Shown here: positions 27,280 to 39,765 of the stretch, in pieces
Numbering within the stretch: the stretch's first letter is position 1
Layout of the letters: every line of letters begins with the position of its first letter
Assembly: GCF_006345805.1 (NCBI RefSeq)
Contig: NC_042999.1
Location: 4,402,001-4,466,000, forward strand
Length of the DNA stretch: 64,000 nt
Source of the DNA: Octopus sinensis
Lineage: Eukaryota
Reading direction: 5' to 3'
The notes under the pieces: generated by a model
Seen by the model: only the letters and a program-made list of their open reading frames with translations
Databases searched by the model: none
Told to the model about the DNA's origin: nothing
Position numbers and translations under genes: made by a program

Positions 27280-27281
<2 letters not shown>

Positions 27282-27576
27282 CGAGACAGATGAGTGACAA
27301 CCTGGCCACTGGTGGTGGTGTAACACACCACACTAATCATATCTGTCGGGCATGTGGAAGAGAGTGTAATTCGGCAGGAGGACTTAAACGACATGCAAAG
27401 GTACATGAAGCCCAGTTACAACTACAGCCGGCTATTACCAGTAAAGGTCTTAGTTGCCAATTTTGTACAAGACATTGTAGATCTTTAGCTGGGCTAAAAT
27501 GTCACATTCGATCACAGCACCAGTAACAGTTAAGCTTCGTGCAATGGCCATACTCGATAACAAGGGGGCAGCCATA
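27280..27576 (+). mobile_element. 5'-truncated LINE 3' end (RTE-like) encoding two C2H2 zinc fingers, inserted in (TATG)n
   Basis: HICRACGRECNSAGGLKRHAKVH...CQFCTRHCRSLAGLKCHIRSQH*, a short 3' UTR, then (ATGT)n. Splits a host repeat also present at about 17185-17390 and 60015-60210. Confidence 0.65.
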
Positions 27577-30500
27577 ATGTATGTATGTATGTATGTGTGC
27601 AGATTTGTATGTTTTGCTTTATGTATTCTCATGCATATACTTGCATATCTAGACATGCTCATGTATCTCCAAATGTTGGGCCACACACAGAGACAATGAC
27701 AAGAGACTGAGACCTCTGGAGATATGTTATGATTGAGAAGATCCAGCAAGTAAAGTGAGACCACAGCCATAGCCTATACCAGTGTCGCATAACCAGCCCA
27801 CTTAACAAAAGTACCTTTGACTCGTCAGACGACACGCTATGCTTGAGGAGACCTATTGAGTCAAGTAAAATCAAAAATCAAAACCACAATCAGAATCTCA
27901 ATCGAATCGAAATCAAAATGGAAATTGTAGCTGTGGCAAATGCTAGTGCTGCCTGACTGGCCCCTGTGCTGGTGACACACAATAAGCACCATTCATGCGT
28001 GGATCGATGCCAGTGCCACAGTTAGACAAAGAGAAATTGATAAAATAGGTACCAGACTAGCATTGATTTGATCAATTTACACTGTTCAGTATGATGCTCC
28101 AGCATGGTCAGAGCGCAGTAACTGAAACAAAGAATAAAAGAATAAACCCGATCTGGTTTTCAACTGGGATCTGGTCACCATTATTAAAATGGATGTGAAG
28201 GTGTGTGGTTTAATGGTTAGGGTACTTGGGTCACAATTGTAAGGTTGTGAGTTCGATTCTCAGTGTCTCATTGTATCCTTGAGCAAAACACTTTATTTCA
28301 CGTTGCTACGGTCCAGTCAGCTGGCAAAAATGTGTAGTACGTGTATTTCAAAGGGCCATCCTTGTCATATTCTGAGCCACTCTGAATTAGGGTGGTGAAC
28401 CAGCAGAATCATTAGGGCACTGGACAAATTGTTTAGCAGTATTTTGTCCATCTTTACTTCTGAGTTCAGATGCCACTAGGGTCGGCTTTGCCTTCCGTCC
28501 TTTTGGGGTCAATAAAATAAGTATCACTCTGGTGCTGTGGTTAGTATAATCAACATACCCTTCCCCTCAAAAACTGCTAGCCCTGTACCAAAATTTGAAA
28601 CCCTTATTAAAATAGATCCACCTTGCATTTTGTCAAAAAAATAGAATAAACAAGAAATTTTTAAAATATGAGATAATAATTATATTTGCATGGAACTGCA
28701 GATGGTGGGAGGATCAGCCAACCCAGTCAAGCATACACTAGAGCATCAGAAAAATCGTGTGTGTGTGTGTTTTGGTGTAGGTTTTGGAGAATAGTGTCAG
28801 TCTAGTTAAGATAAGCAAATCACTTCTGATTCCTCATTGAATTCTGTGAAATCACCAAACACATACCATCATGGAAAATACACAAAATGGTGACGGTGAT
28901 GTGGGTGGTGGTAGTAGTGGTGAGGATGATTATGATGATGATGTAACAAAATATCTTTTACTTGTTTTAGTCATTTGTCTGCAGCCATGCTGGAGCACTG
29001 CCTTAAAGAACTCTTAGTTGAATAAAACAATCCCAGTACTAATGTTTGTTTTTTGAAGCCTGGTACTTATTCTATCGATCTCTTTTACCAAACTGCTAAG
29101 TTACAGGGATGTAAACACACCAACATTGGCTTTCAAGAGGAAGTGGGGGACAAACACAGACATATAGACACACACAAAAACACAAACACAGACATACAAA
29201 CAGACACACACACTCACACAAAAGCACAAACATACAAACACACATACACACACATACCTGAGGCTATAGAAGAAGACACTTAGCCAAGGTACCACACAGT
29301 GCATCTGAACCTGGAACCATGTGGTTGGGAAACAAACTTCTTACCACACTGCTATGCCTGCACCTATGTGTACTTGTGTGTGTGCACATGTATATGTCTA
29401 TATACCTGTGTCTTTATATGGGTTAATGTGTGCGCATTTATATTTTTCTCAAGCATTTATATTACACAGTGTAAGACGATTCTTGTCCTTGGGCAGCGAC
29501 TGTTATTTCCTATTTGCTGACCCCTAGAAAGTACATGAAATGGCTAATATTTCCTTCAAACCCCAAAGAATCCCTCTCAACACATAGCTATGATGCTCCC
29601 CCACTACTCTTGCTCATGACCAGAGAAGCACATATTGTCATCCACTAAAGAACATGCTCAAGTGGCTACGGTCAAGCAAATCTGTGGTATTGAGCAGAAT
29701 ATTTTCTATAATCATATTTCTGCTTCAACAACTCAGCACTGAGTTTGTTTGAAATACAATGGAAAATAGGCCAGTTTCAAGACATTGATGTCCAGGTCAC
29801 AAAAGCAAAGTTTGAAGGGAATAGCAATCATTTCCTTTGATTTCTAGATCAAAACAAATAGGAAATAACTCTTAGTGACCAAAGACGAAAAAAAAAGAAA
29901 ACTAAAATTTTGTTTCACAGTCATCATCATCATCATCATCATCATTTAGCGTCCGCTTTCCATGTTAGCATGGGTTGGACGGGTCAACTGGGGTCTGTGA
30001 AGCTGGAAGGCTTCGTCAGGCCCAGTCAGATCTGGCAGTGTTTCTACGGCTGGATGCCCTTCCTAACACCAACCACTCCGCGAGTGTAGTTAATAATAAT
30101 TATCTTTTAATCCTAGACATTCAAGAAGATTTTCAATTTGATAAAGTTTACCTTGAACAGTAAATATATTATTCTGATGTAAAACAAGTACAATTAAATA
30201 TATGCATAAAGTAGAAAAATCTCAATACACCAGTTATAGTGTAAAGTTATTTAAATCAAAAATCTTCATTATACCAGTTCGACAATGGTTGTCTAACCTG
30301 AGTGCACTATTAGATTAGAATGGCAAACAAAGATTATTCACTGTAACTAACGACATCCAATATCTGATTCTCCACTCAGCTGTATCATCTCCATCTCTTC
30401 TGCTTCTATTTAGTTATTACAACAGTTGCTAATCTCTTCCAAATGTCCTTGGTTTGTGCCACTCTGAATGTCATCTCTCTTTTTCTCCCACTTTCCATGC

Positions 30501-30841
30501 ACAGTCTATCTTGATATGAGTGATCAACTGGTACTTATTTTATCAACTGCAAAAGGATGAAAGGCTAAGTCGACCTCTGCAGAATTTGAACTCAGAATTT
30601 AAAGATGAATGAAATGCTGCTAAGCATTTTGCCCGGCATGCTAACAGTTCTGCCAGCTCACCACCTTGATAATAATAGTAATAATAAGAAGACTCAGAGA
30701 GCACAAACCTTCACCAAGGCAACACCAACGTCCTCTCAACGATTAGACAGAAATGATTTTTAAAATGAGAATGTCTGAAATAAAATTGACTGCTCTCACA
30801 AACGAGAATACTGAACACGAACCCAACTGCTATCAAAAATT

Positions 30842-30941
30842 AAGTTTGAAGGGAGTAGCAATCATTTCCTTTGATTTCTAGATCAAAACAAATAGGAAAT
30901 AACTCTTAGTGACCAAAGACAAAAAAAAGAAAACTAAAATT
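30842..30941 (+). repeat. 100-bp direct duplicate of 29808-29909
   Basis: aagtttgaaggga.tagcaatcatttcctttgatttctagatc...aaaactaaaatt occurs twice, about 1 kb apart. Confidence 0.92.
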
Positions 30942-31021
30942 AAGTTAAAAGAACGTGAAAAATAATCCAGAATCCTTCTCTGGTACCAGATCGATCCCAA
31001 AATCTAATCAGTTTGGGTGAG

Positions 31022-31570
31022 AGAGCAGTGCATGCCATCAAAGTGACACTGGGGTAAAATATACGAAGCCCGGTATGCAAATCATGACTACCCATCTGAT
31101 AAGGGTACACCAGGCACATGCATCACAACCATATGTGCACGACATGGTGATCTCATATCAAGATAAACAGCACATGATCTTGCAGGTGGGGCCCGGTTAA
31201 AATTTTCTTCTGGTCGAGTAACCCATCCTGCTCAAAAGGTCCCTGAATAAGGGTTGTTTAAGGATGTTAAACGAACCACCCATGTTTCCAGAGGTGAATT
31301 ATTCAAACCCCAAAGAATCCCTCTCAACACACAGCTATAATGCTCCCCCACTATTTCTCCTCATGATCAGAGATGCACATATCGTCAGCCACTAAGGGAC
31401 ATGCTCAACTGATTAAGGTCAAACAACTGACAAGCAAATCTGTGGTATTGAGCAGAATATTTGCTGTAGCCCATCTTTTATACCAAGATAAAATAATGTA
31501 CATGATAACAATTCCAATCAGTTAAGATCAGAAGCCATGAGAGCCACTGCCTGGTACGGCATCAGGGCAT
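31022..31570 (-). mobile_element. Repeat family 5, associated with (TAA)n tracts
   Basis: Closely similar copies at 32822-33322 and 29557-29705; adjoins (TTA)n at 31570-31652. Confidence 0.75.
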
Positions 31571-31588
31571 TTATTATCATTATTATTA

Positions 31589-31655
<67 letters not shown>

Positions 31656-32382
31656 GGCAGTGAGCTTGTAGAATCATTAGTATATAAGACAAAATATTTA
31701 GCAGCATTTCTTCTGGCTCATTATTTTTTGAGTTAAAATTCTGCTGATGTCATCTGTGCCTCTTATCCTTTTGGGATCAATAAATAAAGTACCAGCCAAG
31801 TCCTGGGGTCAATGGGATTCACTGCCCCTCCCCAACTACTGGCTTTGTGCTGAAATTTGAAACATTATTTCAATTTTTCATTTTCGTCTTAATTTTTGGT
31901 CAATTTGTTTGTATGTTTATGTAAAGTTTATTCTGAAATTTTTACTTGAGTTGATAATGTTGATAATATTCACGTATGTAAGCATATACAAGTACTATTT
32001 AAGAACATGAATATGTGCAGGTAGTGCAGATAGATATGGATGCCAACTTTTGAGGTTAAGTTTGATATTAAATCCTTTCTGATATCTAAAACAAATGAAT
32101 TGTAATTCAAATTTAAAGCTACATCATGTAATTTATAAAATCTAAAACAATCAGAAGTTATTTATAGAAAACACAATCAATAACTTGACTGACCAACCTT
32201 TGTGCTTGAACAAATCCAGGCAAATATGGTTTTAAATAAAATCAAAGTAAAACATTAAACTATGACAATATTTGACATGATTGAAAATGTTCTAAGAATC
32301 TAAAAATGAAACAGAAAATAAATTTTAATTTTATTTGTTGATGTATATTTTGCCAGTTGATAATTTCTAAAATGGGCTTTTG

Positions 32383-32441
<59 letters not shown>

Positions 32442-32546
32442 CATAAGTGCATGTGTATGGTTGTGTGTGTATGTGTGTATATATATGTATATTGTAATTA
32501 TTATCATTATCATTGCTATCATTCATTATTTTAAAATATTTTTCAG

Positions 32547-32611
32547 CTTGGCTCTAGTATTCCCTGAAAAATATGGAAATCTTCAGTTAAAAACTAATTT
32601 TGATATAGGAA
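32547..32611 (+). CDS. CACNA2D: alpha2-delta exon C (S-LALVFPEKYGNLQLKTNFDIG), phase 2-1
   Basis: Acceptor atttttcAG, donor GTAAGT. Completes the PFSLALVFP..YG motif typical of alpha2-delta; phases match both neighbours. Confidence 0.9.
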
Positions 32612-33711
32612 GTAAGTTTGACTTTCTTATATTTCTTACTACATTACACGAATATAAAAAAAAGTATTATATCTATCACTAAACAAGTGTTTATTGTAGG
32701 CCCTTAGATACAATTATCCAAGCATTATTATTATTATTATGAGTTTCTTGTCTTCTTTCAATTTTGTTTCCATTTCTTGTCGAGTGTCTTCACAATTATT
32801 ATTATTATTGTTATTGTCAAAGAGCAGCACACACTATCAAACTGACACTGTGATGCAAATATACAAAACCCCAATATACCTATCATGACTACCCATTTAA
32901 TATGCTTACACCAGGCATATGCATCACAACCATATGTGCATGACATGGTAATTTCATATTAAGATAAACAGTGTAAGACCTTGCAGGTAGGCCCAGTTAG
33001 AATTTTCTTTAAGTCAAGTAGCCAATCCTGCTCAAAAGGTCCCTGAATAAGGGTTGTTTAAGGATGATGAATGAAGCACCCATGTTTCCAGAGGTGAATT
33101 ATTCAAACCCCCAAAGAATTCCTCTCCACAAATGGCTATGATGCTTCCCCACCACTTCTGCTCGTGATCAGAGTTACACATATCGTCAGCCACTAAGGGA
33201 CATGCTGAAATGGTTATGGTCAAGCAACTGACAAACAAATCTGTGGTATTGAGCAGAATATTTGCTGTAGCCCATCTTTTACATCAAGATAAAACATGTA
33301 CATGATAACACTTCCAATCAGTGTTTTTTTTTTTTTTAATTTATAGATCATTTGGTTATTGAAAGTATTCTGTATAGTATTTGGACCATCCCCAGCTATA
33401 CTATTTTCTATTTTGATAAACGGTAAATTCTGGGGCTTTGGTTATGTATTTCTCTGCATTTTTTTCATTATTCATTCCTAAAGCACCTTTATTATAGGGA
33501 TTGTTTCTGTTTGAAGTCACCATTTTCTTTTGTTTTGATTATCTCTATTTCTAGATCATTATATTTAGATAATTTCCTTCTTTCTAATAGAAATACTTTA
33601 ATATTTTCTGTTTTTGGGGAGGGAATTTGCTGAATCATTTGAATATCAGAGTATCACACATATGTTCCAGACTTTTCTCTCACTTCTCTCAACCAATTCT
33701 TTCTTTTCTTC

Positions 33712-33916
33712 TTTCTTTTACTTGTTTCAGTCATTTGACTGCGGCCATGCTCGAGCACCGCCTTTAGTCGAGCAACTCGACCCCGGGACTTATTCTTTTT
33801 GTAAGCCCAGTACTTATTCTATCGGTCTCTTTTTGCCGAACCGCTAAGTGACGGGGACGTAAACACACCAGCATCGGTTGTCAAGCAATGCTAGGGGAAC
33901 AAACACAGACACACAA

Positions 33917-33978
<62 letters not shown>

Positions 33979-34138
33979 CATATATACGACAGGCTTCTTT
34001 CAGTTTCCGTCTACCAAATCCACTCACAAGGCATTGGTCGGCCCGAGGCTATAGCAGAAGACACTTGCCCAAGATGCCACGCAGTGGGACTGAACCCGGA
34101 ACCATGTGGTTGGTTAGCAAGCTACTTACCACACAGCC
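33712..34138 (-). mobile_element. SINE family 1
   Basis: Reverse complement of the 5925-6331 type sequence. Confidence 0.9.
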
Positions 34139-35325
34139 CTTATCTTCAGTTGGTTTTGCTTCAAACTCTTCTATCATATGGTGTAGCAAAATCATATTGT
34201 ACCATATGGTAGATGATGTTGTAATATCTGTAATCCTCCTTTCGCTTTGTTTTCTATCACAATCTTGTCTCTGTGACTCATTACATGATCAGTTTGCACA
34301 GAAAAATCTTATTAAATCTTACAATAATCACTTTAGTTCACACCTTCTGGATGTTGGTAGTGGTAGTGGTTGTGGTGATGGTGGTGGTAGTGGTGGCTTA
34401 TTTTTTTCTAGTTTGGACCCAAAGTTCCTGATAATCACCTAATCTACCTATCTATCTATCTATCTTTCATTCTATCTATCTATCTATCTATCTATATCAT
34501 CTTGTTATATTTAGACACTCAATTACTGAGAGTTTTACCTAGTTTGTCACATGTCAGACATTTATCTTGCTGACATCTGTCAACTTCTATTTTAAAGACA
34601 TTTGTTCTAATTGCTTCTTCTTGTAAAGCCATTGTAAGGCTTTCTGTTTCCCCTATTTATGTTGCCATCTTTCAATTAAGTTCATTATAATCTTCACTAA
34701 CACATTGTTATATTCTTTCTGTCACAAGCTGCCCATACAATACATTTTCTTTCCAGATCTCCATTCTCCACTTCTGCCTTTTTATCCATCTTTTGTTTGT
34801 AATCTATTTCTGCTTCTATGTATTCACCATTAAGCTCAATGGTTGCACATGTAAGCTTCTTTTCACTTTTCCTAATATCTTCTTAGTCCCATTATCAAAG
34901 ACATTCTGTAGCTGTTACATTGAGCACCTCCCAACTCCTCTCTTTTCTTGGTACATTCAGCCAAACTAACGTGTGTTGCAAACTAGTTTCTTATGCCCCC
35001 ATCTATCTGTTTTTATTTTGATGTGTTTTATATCAAAGATCTGTAACCAATCATGTCACTGGGTTATAGGTTTCCAATGGACCAATCGCTGATTCACTAC
35101 ATTTCCAATGGCAAGAATTACAAAAGAATGTTTATGCAACTTGAACAAAACAAATACCACAATGTTTTTTTTTCTTCATGTGTCAATTTATTGGCAATTC
35201 TTACTGATATGCAAATGTTTTGTCAATACACACACACACATTATGTGTGTGTGTGTGTGTGTGGTGTGTGTGTGTGTATCAAAGTGAAAGTTTATATGAT
35301 GTAAATGATCTAATTTTTCAAAAAT

Positions 35326-35627
35326 AAAGCACCATCCGTTCGTGTCCGTTGCCAGCCTCGCCTGGCCCCCGTGCCGGTGGCACGTAAAAGCACCATCCGT
35401 TCATGGCCGTTTGCCAGCTCCATCTGGTTCCTGTGCGGGTGGCACGTGAAAAGCACCCACTACACTCGCGGAGTGGTTGGCGTTAGGAAGGGCATCCAGC
35501 CGTAGAAACACTGCCAGATCAGACTGGGCCTGATGCAGCCTTCTGGCTTCACAGACCCCAGTTGAACCGTCCAACCCATGCTAGCATGGAAAACGGACGC
35601 TAAATGATGATGATGATGATGATGATG
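35326..35627 (+). mobile_element. Repeat family 3
   Basis: Two tandem units + body + (GAT)n. Other copies at about 198-560, 18940-19128, 22225-22460, 29921-30090, 37567-37715, 41505-41801, 41880-42230, 50940-51190 and 54190-54335. Confidence 0.85.
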
Positions 35628-36099
35628 AAAGCTGGATCACTTTTTTACATATTGCTGCAAAAAATACTTTGAAGAACTGACGGGGTCAGAACAAGTAAAA
35701 TGAGTTTGACTGAGTACATGGCCAAAATGGTTTGCTACAGTCTCTGCGCATGGTGGTCTGGTGATCTTATTATCTCTACAATACAGCTGTCTACACAAGA
35801 AATATAATTCTTCACCATCATATTCATTTCTGCCATCAAAGTCAACTTTGGCCAATAAGCGAATGAAAATAGTTGGTTATTCCTTGATTATTAAAAACTA
35901 TCCCTATCTCTCTAGCTTTCTTTCTTTCTCTATCTCTCTCATCATTCACACACATGTTTAGGTAGCAGTGATAGGGTTTCTAGATATTCCCCATCTTCTT
36001 CTCTTCTCTCACTTGCCTTAGTAAAGGTGATACATGTGTGTGTGTTAATTTATAATCTTCTACTTAAGCTCTGGCAGCCATGCCACTTATTCTATTCAA

Positions 36100-36480
36100 C
36101 TAGCAGTATCGCCCAGCGTTGCTCGGGTTTGTTTCGACCCTTTAGCATTGGAATTTTTGAAAAGTAAAAATTTTGCATTATGTAGCTTGTTATTCTCTTA
36201 AAGTGAACATTTTTCTGGTTGAAATACACCAAAAAATGGCGACACGGCAGTAAAAAATAGGTATTTTCATAGAAAAAAAGCACCTTTTTGATGTAAATAA
36301 TTTTTGGAGTTAACATGGTCCGATTTGAAAATTTTCTCCTACGGAAGGAAGAGCAAGCCTTCTTCTATCATACTTTCAATTTTGGTCAACTTGCGCTGCA
36401 GGGTCTCGGAGGAGATAGTGTTAGTTGAAGGCTACCAAACCTGCCATACACAAACAACTTCAGCTTTATATAGAGAGAGA
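36100..36480 (-). mobile_element. Non-autonomous Helitron
   Basis: Minus strand starts A|TC(TCTC)TATATAAAG and ends in a GC hairpin CCCGAGCAACGCTGGG plus CGATACTGCTAG|T; no TSD. Confidence 0.8.
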
Positions 36481-37049
36481 TTACTTAAGAAGGCTCTTCA
36501 TTGACAACTGAAATGTTGTAATAAAAAATGTATAAATAAATATACATGTTTTATTTTTTTTTAAATTGCATGGTTCATGGCTGATAATTTCTCTGTTCAG
36601 TTTTATAATTCATGGTCATATGGTAAAAAGTTTGCTTCCCAATCAGCCAAGTTTTTTCACTTTATCAAATTTCCAATCTGCCAAGTTTTTTTCTATTTAT
36701 CAAATTCTTTCACAAGACATTGACTAACCTCTGGCTATAGTAGAAGACACCTGCTCACACATAGTTGCCAAGTAAGCTTGTTAAACTTCCCAGTATTTGC
36801 ACTGACTGCTTGTGGATTTCTTTAACCAAGTTCTGAGTATTTGATCTTGTTTCTAAAATCTTCAACAGCATTATTCTTTTTTTTTTTCGCTTGTTTCAAC
36901 CATTATATTGTGGCCATGCTGGGGCACTGCTTTTCAGAATTTTTAGTTGAATGAATCCACTCCAGTGCTTATTTTTTCTAAGCCTGATATTTATTCTGTA
37001 AATATATAATCCAAATAAGAAGACAAAGGAATCCTTTAACACATCTGTA

Positions 37050-37091
<42 letters not shown>

Positions 37092-37259
37092 TATATATAT
37101 ATCCAAATTTACAGGGAAAAAAAATCAGATTTAGGATTAAATCCAATTTTATAGTAAAATATTATAAAATATTATTAGAGACAAAACCACTATTTTGCAA
37201 AACAAACAAGGAAAGACTTAATCAATACATAAAATTTTAATAAATAGTCAAAAAAACCG

Positions 37260-37302
37260 CCACTACAATCGTTTCTTGTCTTGATCGACAATCTTCAGGT
37301 GG
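37260..37302 (-). ncRNA. Minimal type I hammerhead ribozyme motif (left arm of palindrome, mirror copy)
   Basis: Exact reverse complement of 37350-37392. Confidence 0.75.
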
Positions 37303-37349
37303 ACTTCCAATAAGTCAGTTTCAAATTATGAAACTGACTTATTGGAAGT

Positions 37350-37392
37350 CCACCTGAAGATTGTCGATCAAGACAAGAAACGATTGTAGTGG
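37350..37392 (+). ncRNA. Minimal type I hammerhead ribozyme motif (right arm of palindrome)
   Basis: Stem I CCAC/GTGG; core CTGAAGA (37354-60); stem II TTGTC-gatcaa-GACAA; GAAA; short stem III AC-gatt-GT; predicted cleavage GUA^ after 37388. Confidence 0.75.
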
Positions 37393-37534
37393 CGGTTTTT
37401 TTGACTATTTATTAAAATTTTATGTATTGATTAAGTCTTTCCTTGTTTGTTTTGCAAAATAGTGGTTTTGTCTCTAATAATATTTTATATATATATATAT
37501 ATATATATCAATTCGTGTGTTCCTTTCAACCTTC

Positions 37535-37569
<35 letters not shown>

Positions 37570-39136
37570 TCATCATCATCATTGTTTAACATCCGTTTTC
37601 CATGCTAGCACGGGTTTGACGGTTCGACCGGGATCTGGGAATCCAGGAGGCTGCACAAGGCTCCAGTCTGATCTGGCAGTGTTTCTACAGCTTGATGCCC
37701 TTCCTAATGCCAACCAATATATATATATATATATATATACAACAGACTTCATCTAGTTTTCCTTCTACCAAATCCACTCACAAGGCTTTGGTCAGCCTGA
37801 GGCTATAAAAGAAGACAGTTGTCCAAGGTACCACACATTGGAACTGAACCTGGAACCATGTGGTTGGGAAGCAAACTTCTTACCACACAGCTATGCCTGC
37901 ACCTATGTTATTCATTTCCTTTTATTTCACTTCATCTAATCATCTTGAAACACATCCAGACATTTATAATCTTTTCCTTCCTTATATGATGTTATTTTCT
38001 TTGCTGTCTGGAAGAGTAAATTCTTTGAGATGTTACTCTTTTTCCTTCTTCAAAATTATTATGGCACATATGTCAATACCAAACTGCATTCTAATAACTC
38101 TGCTGAAAATTCTGACAGGCTGTATCAAAGAATTCCGTTTCTTCTCATACTTGAGATCATCCAAGAATCTTAATTAAATGATTGATTCATTTGTCCACTT
38201 TGACTAAATTCCATCTTGCTGTATGTTTTCATAGTATATGAGAAATACATTCAAAACAACAAGCGTTACTGTAATAACGAATCTTCTTGGGAGATATAAC
38301 TTTTAATCTCAATGTCACTCAGGATGTGAAAAAACAGTACTTAATGCTTAAAAAAAAAACAATTATATTTATTACTTCAGACAAAAGATTTTATGTAAAA
38401 ATTATGATGCCAAGATTGCATGGCTAGGTAACATCAAGAGAGAGAGAGTTAGTCTTTTAAACTTTTTCTTAGTATCCTTTCTATGACTTCATTGTTTTTT
38501 TCTTTTTTTTATTTTTCTTTATCAAAATCGTTAGTTTAAGTAGTCATTATTTCTTTTTAATGTCAACCAACATTTAATATCTTTCCTGAGTGACATATAG
38601 ATGTTCATTATTGATTAGTTATCTAAAAATGTAGTTCAAAACAATCTTTTTTCTTGGGACCAACCAACATATCCTTTGTCTTTATCTTGGCTGGTGATAT
38701 TTAAATAGAGATTGTGGTGGGTATTAAATGTAATTATAAAGAGCAGAAATTGCTTCTTTGTTAATTCAATCATTTATCAAATAATGATTAAATTGAGTTT
38801 AAATGATGAATACAGAGCCTTACTTTCACGGAAAAGAACAAATGCTCCAAATTCATGTCATTGTAGCTAGGGGGGAAAAAAGCCCTCAAAGAATTATGTC
38901 AAGAAAAGATATACACATTCTCCCTCGCCTCTCTCTACCTCTCTCTTTCTCTCTCTCTCTATGTGTGTGTTGAATAAAAAAATCGACTCAGCTCCACATT
39001 ACTCAATGTTAAGGCACAGGTATGCATCTACATCTTCTAACTCCATGCTTCTGGATGCAGCTATGTCTCGAAGCTTTGAATTACATGGAGGTGAATCAAC
39101 TTGTTACTAAATACTTACCACTCCAACTGTGCATAT

Positions 39137-39350
39137 CTTTTACTCTTTTACTTGTTTCAGTCATTTGACTGTGGCCATGCTGGAGCATCGCCTTTAGTTG
39201 AGCAAATTGACCCCAGGACTTATTCTTTGTAAGCCTAGTACTTATTCTATCGGTCTCTTTTGCCGAACTGCTAAGTTACGGGGACGTAAACATACCAGCA
39301 TCGGTTGTCAAGTAATCTTGGGGGGCACAAACACAGGCACACAAACACAT

Positions 39351-39389
<39 letters not shown>

Positions 39390-39541
39390 CATATATACGA
39401 CGGGCTTCTTTCAGTATCTGTCTACCAAATCCACTCACATTGCTTTGGTCGGCCTGAGGCTATAGTAGAAGACACTTGCCCTGAACCCAGAACTATGTGG
39501 TTTGTAAGCAAGCTACTTACCACACAGCCACTCATATGCCT
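39137..39541 (-). mobile_element. SINE family 1 (small internal deletion)
   Basis: Same family sequence. Confidence 0.88.
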
Positions 39542-39729
39542 ATGTTGATTTACTTTCTTTGATTTGCTTACCTACCAAGAGATGAAACTAGTTCAATCCT
39601 TATTTCCAACTTCTGAAGCTCCAGTTGTTTATCCACAGGGTCTCTTTTCCGAAAATGGCAAAATATATGTTTATTTAAAATATTTTATATAACTTTCATA
39701 TACATATACACACACAGAGAAAAGTGTGT

Positions 39730-39765
<36 letters not shown>

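Larger units (their letters stand above)
37163..37489. repeat. Perfect inverted repeat, 161-bp arms with 5-nt spacer (Penelope-like pseudo-LTR in inverted arrangement)
   Basis: 37163-37323 is the reverse complement of 37329-37489 with no mismatch found by eye; loop AATTA; (TA)n tracts on both sides. Confidence 0.95.
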
